Assembly: GCA_035221665.1 (NCBI GenBank)
Contig: CM069174.1
Coordinates: 9,982,001-10,046,000 of the forward strand
Source: Okamejei kenojei
Taxonomy: Eukaryota
DNA length: 64,000 bases
Reading direction: 5' to 3'
Part shown: one piece after another, positions 37,901 to 51,212 of the stretch
Numbering within the stretch: position 1 is the first letter of the stretch
How the letters are laid out: the number at the start of each line of letters is the position of its first letter
Translations under genes and position numbers: made by a program
The notes under the pieces: generated by a model
The model's database searches: none
Seen by the model: only the letters and a program-made list of their open reading frames with translations
What the model was told of the DNA's origin: nothing

Positions 37901-40900
37901 CAGGAGAGAGGAAAACATTCCCACAGCTCTGACTGCCAAACATACCAACAAGCCATACACATTTTATTTACCTTCATTTTACGCACATTGAGTTTCTCTT
38001 CCTTCAAGTGATCACGAAGCATTTGCCGGTGAAGGTGTTCCTGCTCCTGAGCATATTCGCAGAGTGTGTACCTGCGGATGCAGTTGTGGCGTCTGGCCAT
38101 GCCGAGGGAGCTGCCACCTTGGCTGGGCACACTGGTGAATCCCTGGCGGCGGGTGAAGTAGTAGACGGTGACCTGATCAAAGCGAACGTTCTTGGCCCTC
38201 AACCGCTTGTGCTTCTTTAGGATTGAGGTTGCTGAAACACAGCATAGGGGTTGTCAGTCACTGCTGTGAGAACGATACAAGGGAGCTGAAGCTGAACACA
38301 CACACACACGCACAAAGTGCACCGACATTCACGGAGAGGGCACACTGCAGTCTAATCTATCCATTTTTGAAGACCCCTGTGGGAGGCTGCCATGCACAAA
38401 CTACCTGGCAAGTTTCCTCCATAACGAGTATCCATTCAAAAGAAAAAGTACCTAATTGGCTGCAAAACAGTTAGGGGCTCAACATTTTTCTTTTTTTCCA
38501 AATAGGAAGGCTAGGCAAGAGGGAATTAAAAACACCAACATTTAGAGCACTACAGCACAGCTAGTAGAGCCGCTGCCTCAGTGCTAGAGAACTGGGTTCA
38601 ATCCTGACCTTTGATGCTTTGTGCATACAGAGTTTGCATGTTCTCCCCCCCCCCCCCACCCCGTCCCCCAGTGTCTTCCCACATCCCAAAGACGTGCGGG
38701 TTGGTAAGTTCATTATTTACTGTGCATTGCCTCTAGTGGGCAGAAGAGTGGTAAAATTTGGAAGGAGTTGACGAGAATGTGGGGAAAATTAAAGTAGGAT
38801 TCATGTACAGTTAGCGTAAATGAGTGATGGACAGTTGATGTGTACTCTAAAGGGCTAAAGGGCCGGTTTTTGTGCTATATCTCTCTATGACTTTCAGAAT
38901 CATATATAGGACGCAATTCAGCCCTACGTGTACCTGACAACAATTAAAAAAAATAAATATATATATATATATATATATAAACTATCCACATCCCCCGAGA
39001 CCCCAAGAGGGAACACCCCTGCCGCAGAGTGAGAAAGTCAGATGAGCCTTTAAACCTCTGCCATGATATTAGTCCTGTTGGTGAGAGGCAGATTTGACTG
39101 CTCAGAGAACCCAGGCGAGTCGACATTCGGAGTCCAACATCCTTACAATTCACCTTGGCGGAAGGGGGGAGAAAAGCTTTTTAAGTCCAATCCTGAACCC
39201 AAAGGTCAGTGTCAGAACAGCGAGTTCTTCAGGGTCCATCAATCATCTGAAGCAACGAAGGAAGGATTACATCAAATTAAAGCGGCTTGTCCCTTTGTGA
39301 GAAACAGACAGTGTCTGGGCAAAGGGAAATCATCTGTGAAATGTGGTTGAAATTGAACAGAGCCTTTCACTGAGACAGGAAGAACAGGTTTCTGAGAGCA
39401 CCATTTCCAATTTTCAGGAAACAAACACATCACCTCAGCAGTTTTGTAAGGCCCATTAATTTGATCTCTGCAGATGATTGTTTCTCACAGAGCCCATTGT
39501 GAAGACTACTTTGTTACGGCCCAGCTGCAGAAAGGCCTGTAAGCTCTTTGCAAGAGAGGTAGTGTCCCCCCTGCCCCTTAAATTCAAACATTTTGTTTTC
39601 CCCTTCCTGACCCACTCGTCTGTGCGGTAAGGTCACTACTAATTCTTTGCTATCCAGGTCTTTTTTTAATCAAGTGGCTTGCAGAGTCTGATGGGAAAGG
39701 CAACCGACTTCACAACGAGAACACCACATGCTGGTCCTTGATGAACATTGTACCAAATTTGTAAAATAAAAACACAGAATTATTTTTAAGAGTAGTGAGA
39801 TTAATGCAAAACAGGCAATATTGCATCAAATGCCTATTATACGCCAAGCATGATTTTCAGCTTAACAGTGAATGAAATGTAGAATCGGCAGGAATGTAAT
39901 AACTACCACCATGACACTTGTGATAGACACCACGACCCTACATTCAGCAAAATGCTGGATAAAATCAGCTAAGTTCAACCCAGAAGGGCAATTCGGTCCT
40001 TCTAAGTGTGCCACAGACACACTTAGATTTATGGAATCATTGAGCTTCAGCATGGAAACAGGCCTTTCAGCCCACCTTGTCCATGCCAACCAAGTTGCCA
40101 TTCTGGGCTCGCATTTGGCCTAGATATCCCTCTAAACCCTACCCAGCGTCACAATTCCAAAAGCACCTGCTTTTCTGGAATTTCAGGAATGTGAGTCAAA
40201 ATTAGCCAATGGCAACACAGCAAAGCCCATTCCCAGCAAGTCAGCAGCACCAACCCATCATACCCCCCCCCCCCCCCCATCGATTTACTGAGAGACTGTT
40301 TGAGGATGAGGGGTGGAGTGGAGCAATTTATTTTTACTTGAAGGTCTGGAGCTGGAATCAGTTGTCACATGGAACAGTCAAGGCAACAACTATCAAAAGG
40401 TTAGATAATTTGAAACAGATGAGGTAAAGGGCTATGGGGGGAAATAAAAGCTTAAGGTAGTGTGAACTTAAGAGTCTGCACATCCCGATGGGCTGAACAA
40501 CCTCCTTTGCAATGAACCCTGGTCAGAGAGCCTTGCAGATAAAAAAAGTGATTGCTTCTATGGATGTGGGAGTAAATTCAGTCCAGCTCCGCCATCTTTA
40601 AGAAAAAAAACAATATTCACTGGATCGATTAAAAGCAAGGCTGTAGCTCGTACCTGTTGTCCTGGCTGCTATGAAATAAAATACAGACTGTTGATAATCA
40701 TCAACATTCAGTGCACTCATTTTCTTGCAGCCTCTGATTTATTCCTCCTTTTCATATTGTGAATACTTAAAAAGGCAAACAATGCAGGCAAGAATAAATA
40801 TAGCCAAAAATTATCAGGGCCCATTGTTTGCCTTCAGTTAATTCTTTAAGAGAGCAGTTAATCTCAGGGAACAGATAATTAGCTCCTTGCACATTAGTCC

Positions 40901-41574
40901 TCACAGGAGAGCCAGGAAGAGCAAGCACTTCCACGATTTAATACAGACACGTACCTGTTAAAGGGCCAAAGGTTCCTACTGACATTGAACACCTCCTGCA
41001 GTGGAAGGTGCTGATGCCACATTCCATTCAGAAACATTCACAGTGGTCCAGGCTATCAGTTGCCTCGTCCCCCCTCTAGATTCTCTCCCTCCTCCCGGAA
41101 TGGAAACATTTCATAAGATACTTCTATCTTTCCTTATTTGACAATATTCTAGGTTGTTTTAAATATGAAAAAAGGCACAAACTCCCAGCATAGAGGTCAA
41201 ATAGGCTGAATATCGGCACAGGAACCGAAAGGCTGTAGAATACCGGCTTTTGGGGCTTCCGTTTCAAAATTGACAGGGCAGAAATTCATCCCACTAGGGT
41301 TATGATTTGATTTTCTATTCTCACCACTTAGTGAGGACAACTAAAACACTAAACATGCTAAGGCTGCAATATAAAGGTGAGGCGCTGCCCCTTTCAAGTG
41401 CTTGAGAAACCTACGGCGCAACTCCCTGGAGCTGGGAGAGTTGAGGCTGTCACAGCTGTCTGCACTGTCACTGCTGGAAACATCATCATCCGATTCCTTG
41501 GGTGAAGAACACAAGGACGAACCGTCCACCTCTTCAAACTTGCGCTTCAGGTTCCCACTCACTTCTACCTCCAT
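27673..41574 (-). CDS. CSRNP2: Cysteine/serine-rich nuclear protein 2, spliced CDS complement(join(27673..28650,31847..32143,37972..38231,41415..41574)), 1695 nt, 564 aa
   Basis: CSRNP domain motifs [120 protein letters not shown]2-type ETQD...[18 protein letters not shown] introns with matching phases; synteny with LETMD1. Confidence 0.93.
28897..28948. repeat. Poly-G run (~52 nt) in the last CSRNP2 intron
   Basis: Directly visible; other G/C runs at 7207-7221, 12464-12485, 12532-12545, ~31128-31146, ~40263-40278 and ~44358-44374. Confidence 0.9.
29777..29905 (+). repeat. Penelope-derived short element (right arm plus tail)
   Basis: gaagaagggtcttgacccgaaaggtcacc...ccagcatctgcagttcc. Confidence 0.7.
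31036..31600 (+). mobile_element. Penelope-like element 3' relic: GIY-YIG endonuclease C-terminal remnant, pyrimidine-rich pLTR and degenerate hammerhead-like motif
   Basis: tccttggtctcctccaccaccagagtgaggccacatgcaaactg...ctcatattccacctcgg ([20 protein letters not shown]-like), then ctgaagatgggtcctgacctgaaatgtc. Confidence 0.65.
31847..32143 (-). CDS. CSRNP2: CSRNP2 coding exon 3 (Cys-rich domain)
   Basis: caacag| [12 protein letters not shown]...GIKCQ |gtaagg. Confidence 0.96.
32653..32785 (+). repeat. Penelope-derived short element
   Basis: ctgaaggagggtcc...aacgtcacc...gatgctgcctgacccgcagagttactccagcac...agcatctccagttcc. Confidence 0.65.
36081..36242 (-). mobile_element. Palindromic Penelope-derived element (central core deleted)
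   Basis: Near-perfect inverted arms; 15-bp TSD ATTCTGAAG(C/A)AGGGT at 36066-36080 and 36243-36257. Confidence 0.8.
36375..36498 (+). repeat. Older Penelope-derived short element
   Basis: ctgaagaaggatcataacctgaaatatc...cagatactgcctgg...ccagcatctgcagtttc. Confidence 0.55.
37972..38231 (-). CDS. CSRNP2: CSRNP2 coding exon 2
   Basis: tttcag| (P)[20 protein letters not shown]...KMK |gtaaat. Confidence 0.95.
38545..38892 (+). mobile_element. tRNA-derived V-domain SINE (HE1-like)
   Basis: Head with gctgcctca...gggttcaatcc (B-box-like), cacatcccaaagacgtgcgg, CR1-like tail ctctatgact. Confidence 0.65.
41415..41574 (-). CDS. CSRNP2: CSRNP2 first coding exon (exon begins at 41582 with 8 nt of 5'UTR)
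   Basis: acceptor ctctttaacag|, acaATGG; [20 protein letters not shown]...[15 protein letters not shown]; donor C|gtaggt, phase 1. Confidence 0.92.
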
Positions 41575-41979
41575 TGTTCACCCTGTTAAAGAGAAGGAGA
41601 ATGTCACCGCACAGAACTATTACTAGGACAAGGACATCGTCACCTCCCCTCATTGTATAAGTAATAATCATCAGCATGTAGATAGGCATCTTTAGATCAC
41701 CAGAATTACAGAAAATAAAGTTACGCTGCCAATCCCAACCTCTGGATGTCACAAAAATGCAGCTCGAGTTGTAATTTAGACCGGCAATTTGTGCATAGAA
41801 AGCTGCCACAAAGTGCAACATGAAAGTGAGCAGATAAGATGTTTTATGATTGGTCGGCAACGGATACATTTTGTTCCTTTAGCACCAAGGAGAACTCCCC
41901 TACTCTTCCTCAAAATGTGGCCAGAAATTCTATCACTGGAGTTCTTCAGTCATGTCCAAACACTTGGCACAGGTTACTG

Positions 41980-42068
41980 ATTTGATCAGCCATGATCACA
42001 TTGAATGGCGGTGCTGGCTCGAAGGGCCAAATGGCCCCCTCCTGCACCTATTGTCTATGTTTCTATGT
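41980..42068 (+). mobile_element. CR1 3'-terminal fragment
   Basis: Nearly identical to 8818-8898; ends ctattgtctatgtttctatgt. Confidence 0.75.
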
Positions 42069-45000
42069 TACACTCCCACATTTTGACGCTCTTTCAGAAT
42101 TAGCTTGTCACGCATGCACTAAATGTCAACACAAAAGAATCCCTCCATTTCATCAAATCACTTGCACAATGTGGTATACGAATGTACAAGAGGCACAGAT
42201 AGAAATTAGGTGCAGGAGCAGGCCATTCGGCCCTTCGAAAATAGATAGGCCAGTTACCCAGAGTCTCATTCCTATGATTGTGGTATCAAAAACTAATGGG
42301 CATAGGTTTCATGTGCAAGATAGCTTTAAAGAGGACATGAGGGGCAAATCTTTCCACATGGGATATGGAATTAATGCAGGCAAGGAAAGTAGTGTGGATG
42401 GGCATGGTGGTCTGCATCAAAACGGTGGGCAGAATGGCCTGTTTCTACGTGCTATGACTCATTCTGTAGCACTGTTCGAGTCCAATGAATTCATGGATCC
42501 ACACCCCCACTCAATGGCTTCCCGCAGAAGGCTGCGCAGTGTGAAATCTGAGAACTTGCAAATCATTTTCTAATCCTTTGCTCCTGCCAAAACAAATTGG
42601 GCTGCATTTTAAGATGAAATTCACCAATGGATGAACATTTTTTGCAACCCCCCACCCCCCCCACACTCGTCTTGCCTGCTTGGAATGCTGATTGCAAGTG
42701 AGCCCTCAGTACTTGCAATTCACCTTGGAGGCATGTCTGAGTTTCATTCTCTCTGCTCCAAACTTCCACCACAGTCAAGTCACCCCCACTGGCACAGACA
42801 ATTTGCTGGAAGGTAAATTCCCACCAGGCAGAGGGTTGGTTGCAAGTTCAGAACCCACAACCAACCACATAAACCACTTCAGTATAGAAAGAGGGAGTGC
42901 TGCACTCTCAGCTGGGCATTGAAGGTCCCAAGGTCCTAAACAACACCGAGCTTTCCCCCCAAGTGTCTCATAAGTCGACAGCTATCCCTCACTTTGTACC
43001 AGATGAGCTGACGATTTGCTGGAACTTGCAGTCAACAAATTGGCTGTTATCTTTTCTATGTTACATTAGTGGCTTCACTTCAAGTGTGCCCAGAAATTAT
43101 ACCTTGGTCAGCCAATATCCACAAAACACAAACAAACCAGTCTCCAATCTCTGTACTGTCAGTGCTATTATGCCATGCACAAGATGGCTGCCATAACTGT
43201 GACAGGAAGTGGAAAGACAAGCCAGTTTAAATGAGGTACCAAAGTGGCCCGGTCTTCAGCCAATATTAACACTAGCTCCTTCCAGCAGGAACTGCTGGAT
43301 AGCAAAGAGCAGCACCTCTAACCACCCATCACCAGGACTTATCCCACCAGCTAATGACTCTGATCCCAAGAACCCTTTTACAGTTCCAGCCTGTCACCCC
43401 ACAAGTCAGAGCAGGGAACATCACTTAGATGTCTCATGGCAGCTCAATCAAATCATGGATTTTGTTTGTCTCTGCAAGTGTAGGAATATGCCAAAGTGTC
43501 TGGGCCCTAGCCCAGATCACAAACCTTAGATACATTGAAATGCAAAAAGCAGAAAGGCGTTTTCATAACCCCAGCCTTAACTCTCTGGGAAAATCTGCTG
43601 TGCTGAGCAAAAAGTTTACAAATGCTACAATATGTTACCTTTTATTTCATCTGCAGGCAGCCAAGTTTCACTTCCTTGACAAGCAAAATGGGAGCAAACT
43701 AGAATGTGATCACATACAGCAAGTTCCCGGCAAACTAGGGCAACACAACACTACTGGAGGGGTTTGGGAAAGAATGTTCCTTTATGCAGCCCTCCCAACA
43801 CCAATGAAGTCACCAGGACTCTGGCCAATTCCATCACTACACACCCATTTACTGATATTTCCCATTCAGAACATTCCATCCTTCTCTTCTGAATCTTAAT
43901 GTGGCTCCAACATACCACATCTCCTTCTCAAAATGGAAATTCAATTAGCTAACTGTCCAGGAACTGATCCCTAACCTCAAACTAGTGCAGGTCAAATCAA
44001 AACTGATTGCCTCTATTATAGGTGTAATAAGTCAAGACACAAACAAAGTCATTTGTTTGGCCAAAGGACACACATTAGAGCACCAGAAGACAACACAGAA
44101 AACTTTCTTGAAGATCCCAGCTGAGAGGTTTCAGTGCACCAAAGCCTCAGGTTCAGAGTAGGCACTGCTCACATCCACTGCCCACAGTGTACCTTTTCCC
44201 CCAAGGGGTTGGGTGGGTGCAGGCTGGGGATCAGAGGGCCTTGGGAACGGTCCTTCCAGTGCTAGTGGGGAAGAACATCCTCCGAGGGTGCAGCTAAGTT
44301 TTTCATAATCTAAAAGTCCTTTGAGGACAGCACTTCAAGAGCAATGCTGCATCGCCGCCCCCCCCCCCCCCCCCATCATGCCCAAGAACAAGTATTCCCA
44401 GGACAACACAGTCCAAGTTCCCATGCTTTCCTCTGACTTTGTGGGCAGAAAATGGATTGGGGTTCCAAAAGTAACTTGTGAAACTAGGAGATGTTTGGTC
44501 CAGATTTTCCCCAAGGTAACTCAACATGATCCTGAACGTGTCAGTGTGACTTTTCGCTCTGGGAACAGGAGGGCTGGGGTGGATAAGTGTTGGAATTACT
44601 TCACAATGGATTAACACTGAAAAACAGAACAGCACTATACAAACAAATATCCCAACCTGTTCCTCTGTGCTTCTCGTATTCTTCACCAGAGAACATTTGT
44701 CGACCAGCCAAATGTCAAACTGCCTCCTCTCCATACTCAAGGCAGCCCTGTACATCTGCTTCACGCAGATGTTATTCACTTTACAATGTTGGGAACGAGT
44801 GCACCTAGCAACCAGATCAAATGCTTCTCCACACTAGGCAGTCGTGATATGCTCTGTGCTTGAAGGCCACTTCAGAGGAGTTACTGCTGAATGCAATTTT
44901 AATGCATGCATTCACATGACTGAGGCTGAAAATCGATGAGCATTGTGATGGAGTGCTGTGCTCCTGGCATGCCAGCTAATTTAAGCAATAGCTAACAAAA

Positions 45001-48000
45001 GGAGGAAAGACCAAGGCAAAACACAAGAGAGCAGTGATGGTCTGGAATTAACTGCCTACAGAGGTGTGGAAGCACAGCCAGTCGAGTTCTGCAAGAGGGA
45101 ATGGACAGACACTTGATGGAAAGTAATTTACCGAGATCCAGGGAAAGAGCAATGGGCAAGAGTACAGACACAATAAGTTGAATGGCCTTCTCCTGTGCTT
45201 TTACAAATCTATAATGCAGTTTACTTGCCATCTTCAAATCCAACCCATTGGAAAAAAGCTCCCAGAAATCAGGTTTAACCAGATGGTTTTTATTCCCGAA
45301 ACAGATTTGTACGAGGCATTCTTGTGACAAATTTTAAAGCCAAAACTCATCCAGAGATCTTTAAGTTAACTTCAACGACTTTCAGCTGCACTGCTGATGA
45401 GCACACACTAACCGCTGGAGCAAATGCCTCACTGTTGCTCACTTAAAGCCACAGAGCAACTAGAGGGGTTAAATGTGCACAGATCCAGTCATTCCCTCCC
45501 CCTGTGCATCTTGACCTTCCATTGATTCATTGCATTACTAAAGAAAATAGCCCACAATCAGCAACCCTCCAATCCAGGTTGATGAGAGCTTGCATAACCT
45601 ACCTCGGCCCCTCTCCAGTCCTGTCTACCCAAGCGATCCACAATGAGAATTCCCAGATCATGGAATCAATTCGCAATGGAAGGATGTTTGTGGATCCACA
45701 GGAGTTAGCAGCAGATTCCTTGCCCATAGAGGGGGCTCGGGATCTGACAATCAGCCTAACGCTTGACCCATCCTGCACTCTACATGCACCACGTTCCCCA
45801 AACAACATCATACATTGTGGCTGAAAGACAGCTCCAAATGGCATCAACAATACACAGCACCAGTAAGTGGTTCCCAGAGCTCAATTAACATCACTAACTT
45901 GCCATTCTGGAAGTGGCACCAATCCAGGATGCAACCCTCTGATCAGGTTCAACCGCTTGGCTGCCATTTTCACTCTAATGGGGTTTTCGCCTACGAGGGA
46001 GCTCTGCAATAGGAGTATGGCCCTGGAGGGCGGTTGCCAAGGAAGTGTCGCACCATGCCAGCTTTCAGAAATATTGCTCAAGTCCTCATTCCCCCTCTCC
46101 GATGAATTTAAAAGAGCAGGATTATTCCCAATGTTCTAAGGACAAATTTTAGCCCTCAAGCAACATCCTCTGAACAGAATAGTTGGTATTTGTCACATTG
46201 CTGCTTACTGGATGCTTAAATTGGCTGCTATTTTACTAACATTACAATGGCGAATATACTTGGGAAAAATTTCACTGTCGTTGGAAGTACTCAGAAGGTC
46301 AAGCATCTGTAGAATGAGAAGCAGAAATGACAGGGTCAAAGACCTTTCACCGGAATTGGAAAAGTGAAACGTTAAATGTTTCTCTTTTCACAGATGTGGC
46401 GTGACCTGGTGAGTGTCCTCGGCAGTCTGCTTTTATTGGTTCCCTGACATTCACCTCTTGATGTATGCAGGGCTGTGTAAAGTGGTTGGGCTGAGCATGC
46501 ACCTTTCTGGGCCACGCTGATGAATAGGTGTTTGCTCGTACAACTCTGTGCGTGCATTCATGCTCCAGCAAGTCTTTGCACAAATATTGTACTTTTCCAT
46601 GGTAAATGCTGATGACCTGTGGCAATTGCTGGACACGTTCCAACTACATATTCATAACTATGCTGATAGTTGCACAGGTTAAAATGTCTAACACTATTGA
46701 GACAGTGAAGAAAGGTAGCCCAAATATTCTTTATTGAATCTTGATAAATAATTCCCAACAACTTCTGGGGAAAACAGTTTTCTACATAGTGACATTAATA
46801 TAGAACTCACTCCTTTGTCTTGTCACCCCCTGAAGATGCTCATCATCAGTTTTTTGAAGGCATACAAGCGGCAGTCACCCCTTTGTTATTCAATTGAAAA
46901 GAGTCGAAAGAATAGTTTTGATTCTGCAGAGAGTGACACGACCAAGCATAGTCTTCAGTTAATGTGTAGGTCATGCACGAGTTGTTGAAGTAGGGCATCC
47001 ATTTAACCACCCTATCCTGAAGTGACCACTGTGTTTAATTAACTCATGGAATCTGGGCGTCACTGGCAAGGCCAAAATGATTCCCCACCCATTATTATCC
47101 TTAGCAAGGTGGTAGTGAGCTGCCTTCTTGGTGATAAGACACCAAGCTAGGATACTCATCTGTCTGATCAAGTGGACATTCATGATCCAGTGGTGGTGTT
47201 CAATGAGCTGTTCCCCTAGTGCCAAGATAACTCTACGCCTTCACGACGAGATCACCTGGCATCTTTAAGTCACTAGTCAAAGACAATGCATTGAGTCCTG
47301 CTTGCATGCCATGCTGTTCTTTGAGGCGATTGTTCACAGCACCAAGGGAACAATTCAGAATAATACAGCAAAGAATCCTCAACAAAACGTCATCAACTCA
47401 GTCAACCAAAAGCTTTAGGTTTAAGTCATAATTATCCTGCACATGCAAAGAATCAAAGAACCAAACGTATACAATAAATCAGTTGCTTGTTCAACTAGGA
47501 TAGAAAAAACTGCGGCCTGCATTGTTCAAATCTCCCCTCCAAATAGGCTCAGCAAACAAATTGACATTACCATGGAAACGCCTTTGCCATAACCTATTTA
47601 AAAACATGTCACATGCAGTCCATTCTTGCTGCACTTCAGGTCAGGTCACAATTTACAGAGTTTGGAGGTCCAACAATTATGTTGGTGTTTAAAGTTTCAG
47701 ACACTCCCCGGCAATTTGGGACATTTATAAATTATACCAAAACCTTTCGAGAGACTCATTTATTTTAGGAATGGGACATATTTTAACTCTGGGAAAGGTG
47801 AATGCACAGCAATCTGCATTGGTTTCCGATTGTCATTCAACGTGGACAGTTTGGCGTGGTCAGTGATCCTCCCGCACACATTTGCCAGAGGCATCCGCCC
47901 TTACCAAAGAAATAACACTTCAATCCTGAAGAGACAGATAATCCTTCTGGTGCCTGTGGCTTCTCAATGGCACTGCTGATCTGATCACTTGTCCCTTTGC

Positions 48001-49080
48001 ACGGCAATCAACTGGAGACCAATCAATGGCCAAGTGGAAATTTGTTCAGTGATAATGGACACCAAATGAGAAATCTTTTCCAAGGTCGAAGCTAATATTT
48101 GCCATGGTTGATTTTAAGCTAATTTGTTGAGGGGTAATTTACAAATATTCCCTACAACTAAAAGTCACCCCAGAGCTATTACGTATGAAATAAAAAGCAC
48201 ACCAAATTACAGCAATTATTTTTTGTTTGCTGCCTTGAGACAACCAGTTTACATCCATACGGTCCCATTCACCGATCACCATTCTGTATGCTGATCCACA
48301 ATGGCTCCTGGTTAAACACCATCTTGATTTTAAAACTCTCCTATTCATTTCCTGAGCCTGCCATCCATATTTAATCAGTGCCAATCCAAAACCCACCCCA
48401 AATCTGTGCACTCTTCCAATTCCAGCCTTTTGATCATTCCCGTTTTAACCAGTTCACCACAAGTGGCCATGTCATTCACTGTCTGGGTCCCAAACTCAGG
48501 AAATCCTTCCCCGAATTTCTCTGTCCCTCTCTCTCCTCCTTTGCCAGCTTGTGTAAAACACTAAAATAGTTGGATTTCCATTAACAACAGGGACCTCGTT
48601 TTCATGCTTAAAATCACACCGTGGCAGCTGTGGAATTTAAATTTAGTTAAAAATAATCTGACATTGCGTGAAAAAAAATCTTGGCAACAGTAATCTTCAA
48701 ACTACCAGGCTATTGTAAAAATTCACCTGCTTCACTAATGTTGCTCGGGGGAGGAAATCGGCCATCGTTACCCAGTCTGGCCTACATATGATTTCAGATC
48801 CACCAACATGACTGACTCTTAAATGCCCTCCGAAATGGCTGAGCAAATTACTAAAACCCTTAGGGATTGGCTTCAAGGGGCAATTTAGGGATTCTAAATT
48901 ACAATGTGCAGGGCTTTTTGTTTGCAGGTTGATTTTTCAATGATGGACTTCTTCCTGGCCACAATGAAGGGTCCTGGATTGAAAGACCAGTGGATGTACT
49001 TGGCTTCCCTCTCCCTCACACACCTACACATTTCTGCTCCTCACAATTACCTGGTGGTTTAATTCAATTAGTAAAGGCAA

Positions 49081-49175
49081 AGATAGACACAAAAAGCTGA
49101 AGTAACTCAGCGGGACAGGCAGCATCTCTGGAGAGAAGGAATGTGGTGACGTTTCAGGTCGAGACCCTTCCTCAG
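49081..49175 (-). repeat. Penelope-derived arm with an intact hammerhead-like core
   Basis: Minus strand reads CTGAGGA-AGGGTCTCGACCT-GAAACGTC. Confidence 0.7.
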
Positions 49176-50196
49176 GCAGAGTTCTTAATCCTGCTTTTGT
49201 CATTTTACAGGGCTACCAATGGACCAGTAGTTAACAGATTTTATTCAATTGATCAGACCACAATTGACTTGAATAAGCCAATAACAGGCACAATTTCTAT
49301 CCAGTGTGCCCAACAACCTAACCAGAGCAGTTTCAAAAATTAACAGGAAAAGGTATTCGTTTTCAAAGAAATAAGCAACATAGAATCACTACGGTGCAGG
49401 TGGAGACTATATGGCCTATAAAGTCTATGTTAGTTCATACTCAGGCTATCCCATCAGTCCCATTCCCCACATTTTCCCCCATAGCCCTGAAAAGTATTTT
49501 CTTCAAGTGCCCATCCAGTTCTCTTTTGAAAGCCATCCTTGGCTGTGTTTCTAACACCCTTACAAGCCACAAGTTCCAAATCATAGGAGACCAGTATCTG
49601 CCCACCTTCAGATGTAGGTGTCAAGCTCAGAAAACAGGGCTGTAAATAACACAGGGGATCGGTAATGCAATTTGTTTTTACTCAATGAAGAGTCCACTTC
49701 GTTGATCCCCCTCCATCTTCGAGCGTGAGACACCAACTCCAGCCAAGCAGAGCAGACTCCTCCAGGTACTGCCAACAACCAGCCTCGGGCAGTAAGCCAA
49801 CACAATCGGCCGGACTACATTGGCACAACAAAATATCAAAGCCCAAGCTCACCCTCAGTCAATTACTGTTGCCTCCTCCATACTCCCTGTGAAAGAGTTG
49901 CTGTCACTGTCAAACTTCCCTCTCCCCTGTAAATATAAAGTATCTCTTAGCAGTTGCGGTGGTCCATTTAAAAACCATAGATCACAGGGCACATTGCTGA
50001 ATAGAGAGTAGCCGCAACAGAGAGAGAATTGTACTGCATTTATGGTGGAATCACAGTATAATTCATGACCCAGACTTGCAACAGAAGCCGACGAGGCAGT
50101 CGTTTGAGGAAAACAAATGTCAACCACTCGAGGATGAGGCAGCATGCTAGACCAATGTTCAAGGTCAAGGATGTCAACTTCCCAAGAAATCTCTGG

Positions 50197-50243
50197 AGCA
50201 GGACTGGGAATGATTAAGCAGGACTGGGAATGATTAAGCAGGA
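50197..50243. repeat. 20-bp tandem duplication (agcaggactgggaatgatta x2.3)
   Basis: Directly visible. Confidence 0.85.
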
Positions 50244-50939
50244 GGAAATTCTCGCTTAATTGAACTGTAAAAGTGAGATGTTCAGCCCATCATGCTGATG
50301 CCTGGAAGAGCAGGTGCATTCCGTCTCATTTCACTGCTCAGCAAAACATTGTCTTTAGGTCTTTAATTTAATTTCCTTCACTTTATTCACTGCGATCCAT
50401 CAGCATGGGCTATACCCATCAGCTTTCACGTTAAATTCCAACCTTAATCTGTAATCGCCCACAACCAAAATACCTAGTCAGCCTCTCAAAAAGACCTTTT
50501 CCCATTCATCCATTCCACCTCCCCCCCTCAATCGAAAATAAGCAGCTTGAATTAAGTTTATCAGCTGAGGTGAAGTAATAATAGAATTTACATGTTACTA
50601 TTAATGCAAATCATTTCGCATTCACTTGACCTCTGCCAAAGTGGATACAGATTCATGCTTCACAAAACTGGGTTCCCTTAGAACCAGAGTATTTGGGGAA
50701 CATTTCCCCCATTTTAGTGCCCTGGTAATTCTACTCTTCCTGCTACTTACAGGGAAACAATCCTGCTTTCGTCAAAATACACTGTTGTAGTTTGGACTAT
50801 GAATTCAGTTTGCTGCATCTCACACTCAGTAAAATAGACTGGTTTTGCTCTTAGTTCTGCAACAATACCAGCTAAATCCCACACCACTGAACTCATTGGC
50901 CAATTATGGTGCAGATACTCTATGGAACTGTTGTGCGAC

Positions 50940-51212
50940 AATGCTGAGAATATTTTACACTCGGTATCTTCTCCTTTGCTCTACCTATTGTATTTGAGTT
51001 CAGTTGGGTTGTATCTATGTATAGTACTATCTGATTTGATAGCATGCAAAATAAAGATATTCACTGTAACTCAGTGCACACCACAATAATAAATCCAAGC
51101 CTACTATTTTATATACCAAAGATAGACACAAAAAGCTGGAGTTATTCGGCGGGGCAGACAGCATCTCTGGAGAGAAGGAATGGGTGACATTTCGGGTCGA
51201 GACCCTCTTCAA
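50940..51212. repeat. LINE 3' tail (50940-51100, +) followed by a Penelope-derived arm (51116-51212, -)
   Basis: The tail matches 63655-63830 and short copies at ~1168-1220, ~24780-24815 and ~53855-53905 (tttcactgtacctcggtacacgtgacaataaa family). Confidence 0.6.

Noticed and set aside
41992-42573. 193-aa plus-strand ORF
   Set aside because: A mosaic of CR1 tail fragments and intron sequence with no coherent domain.
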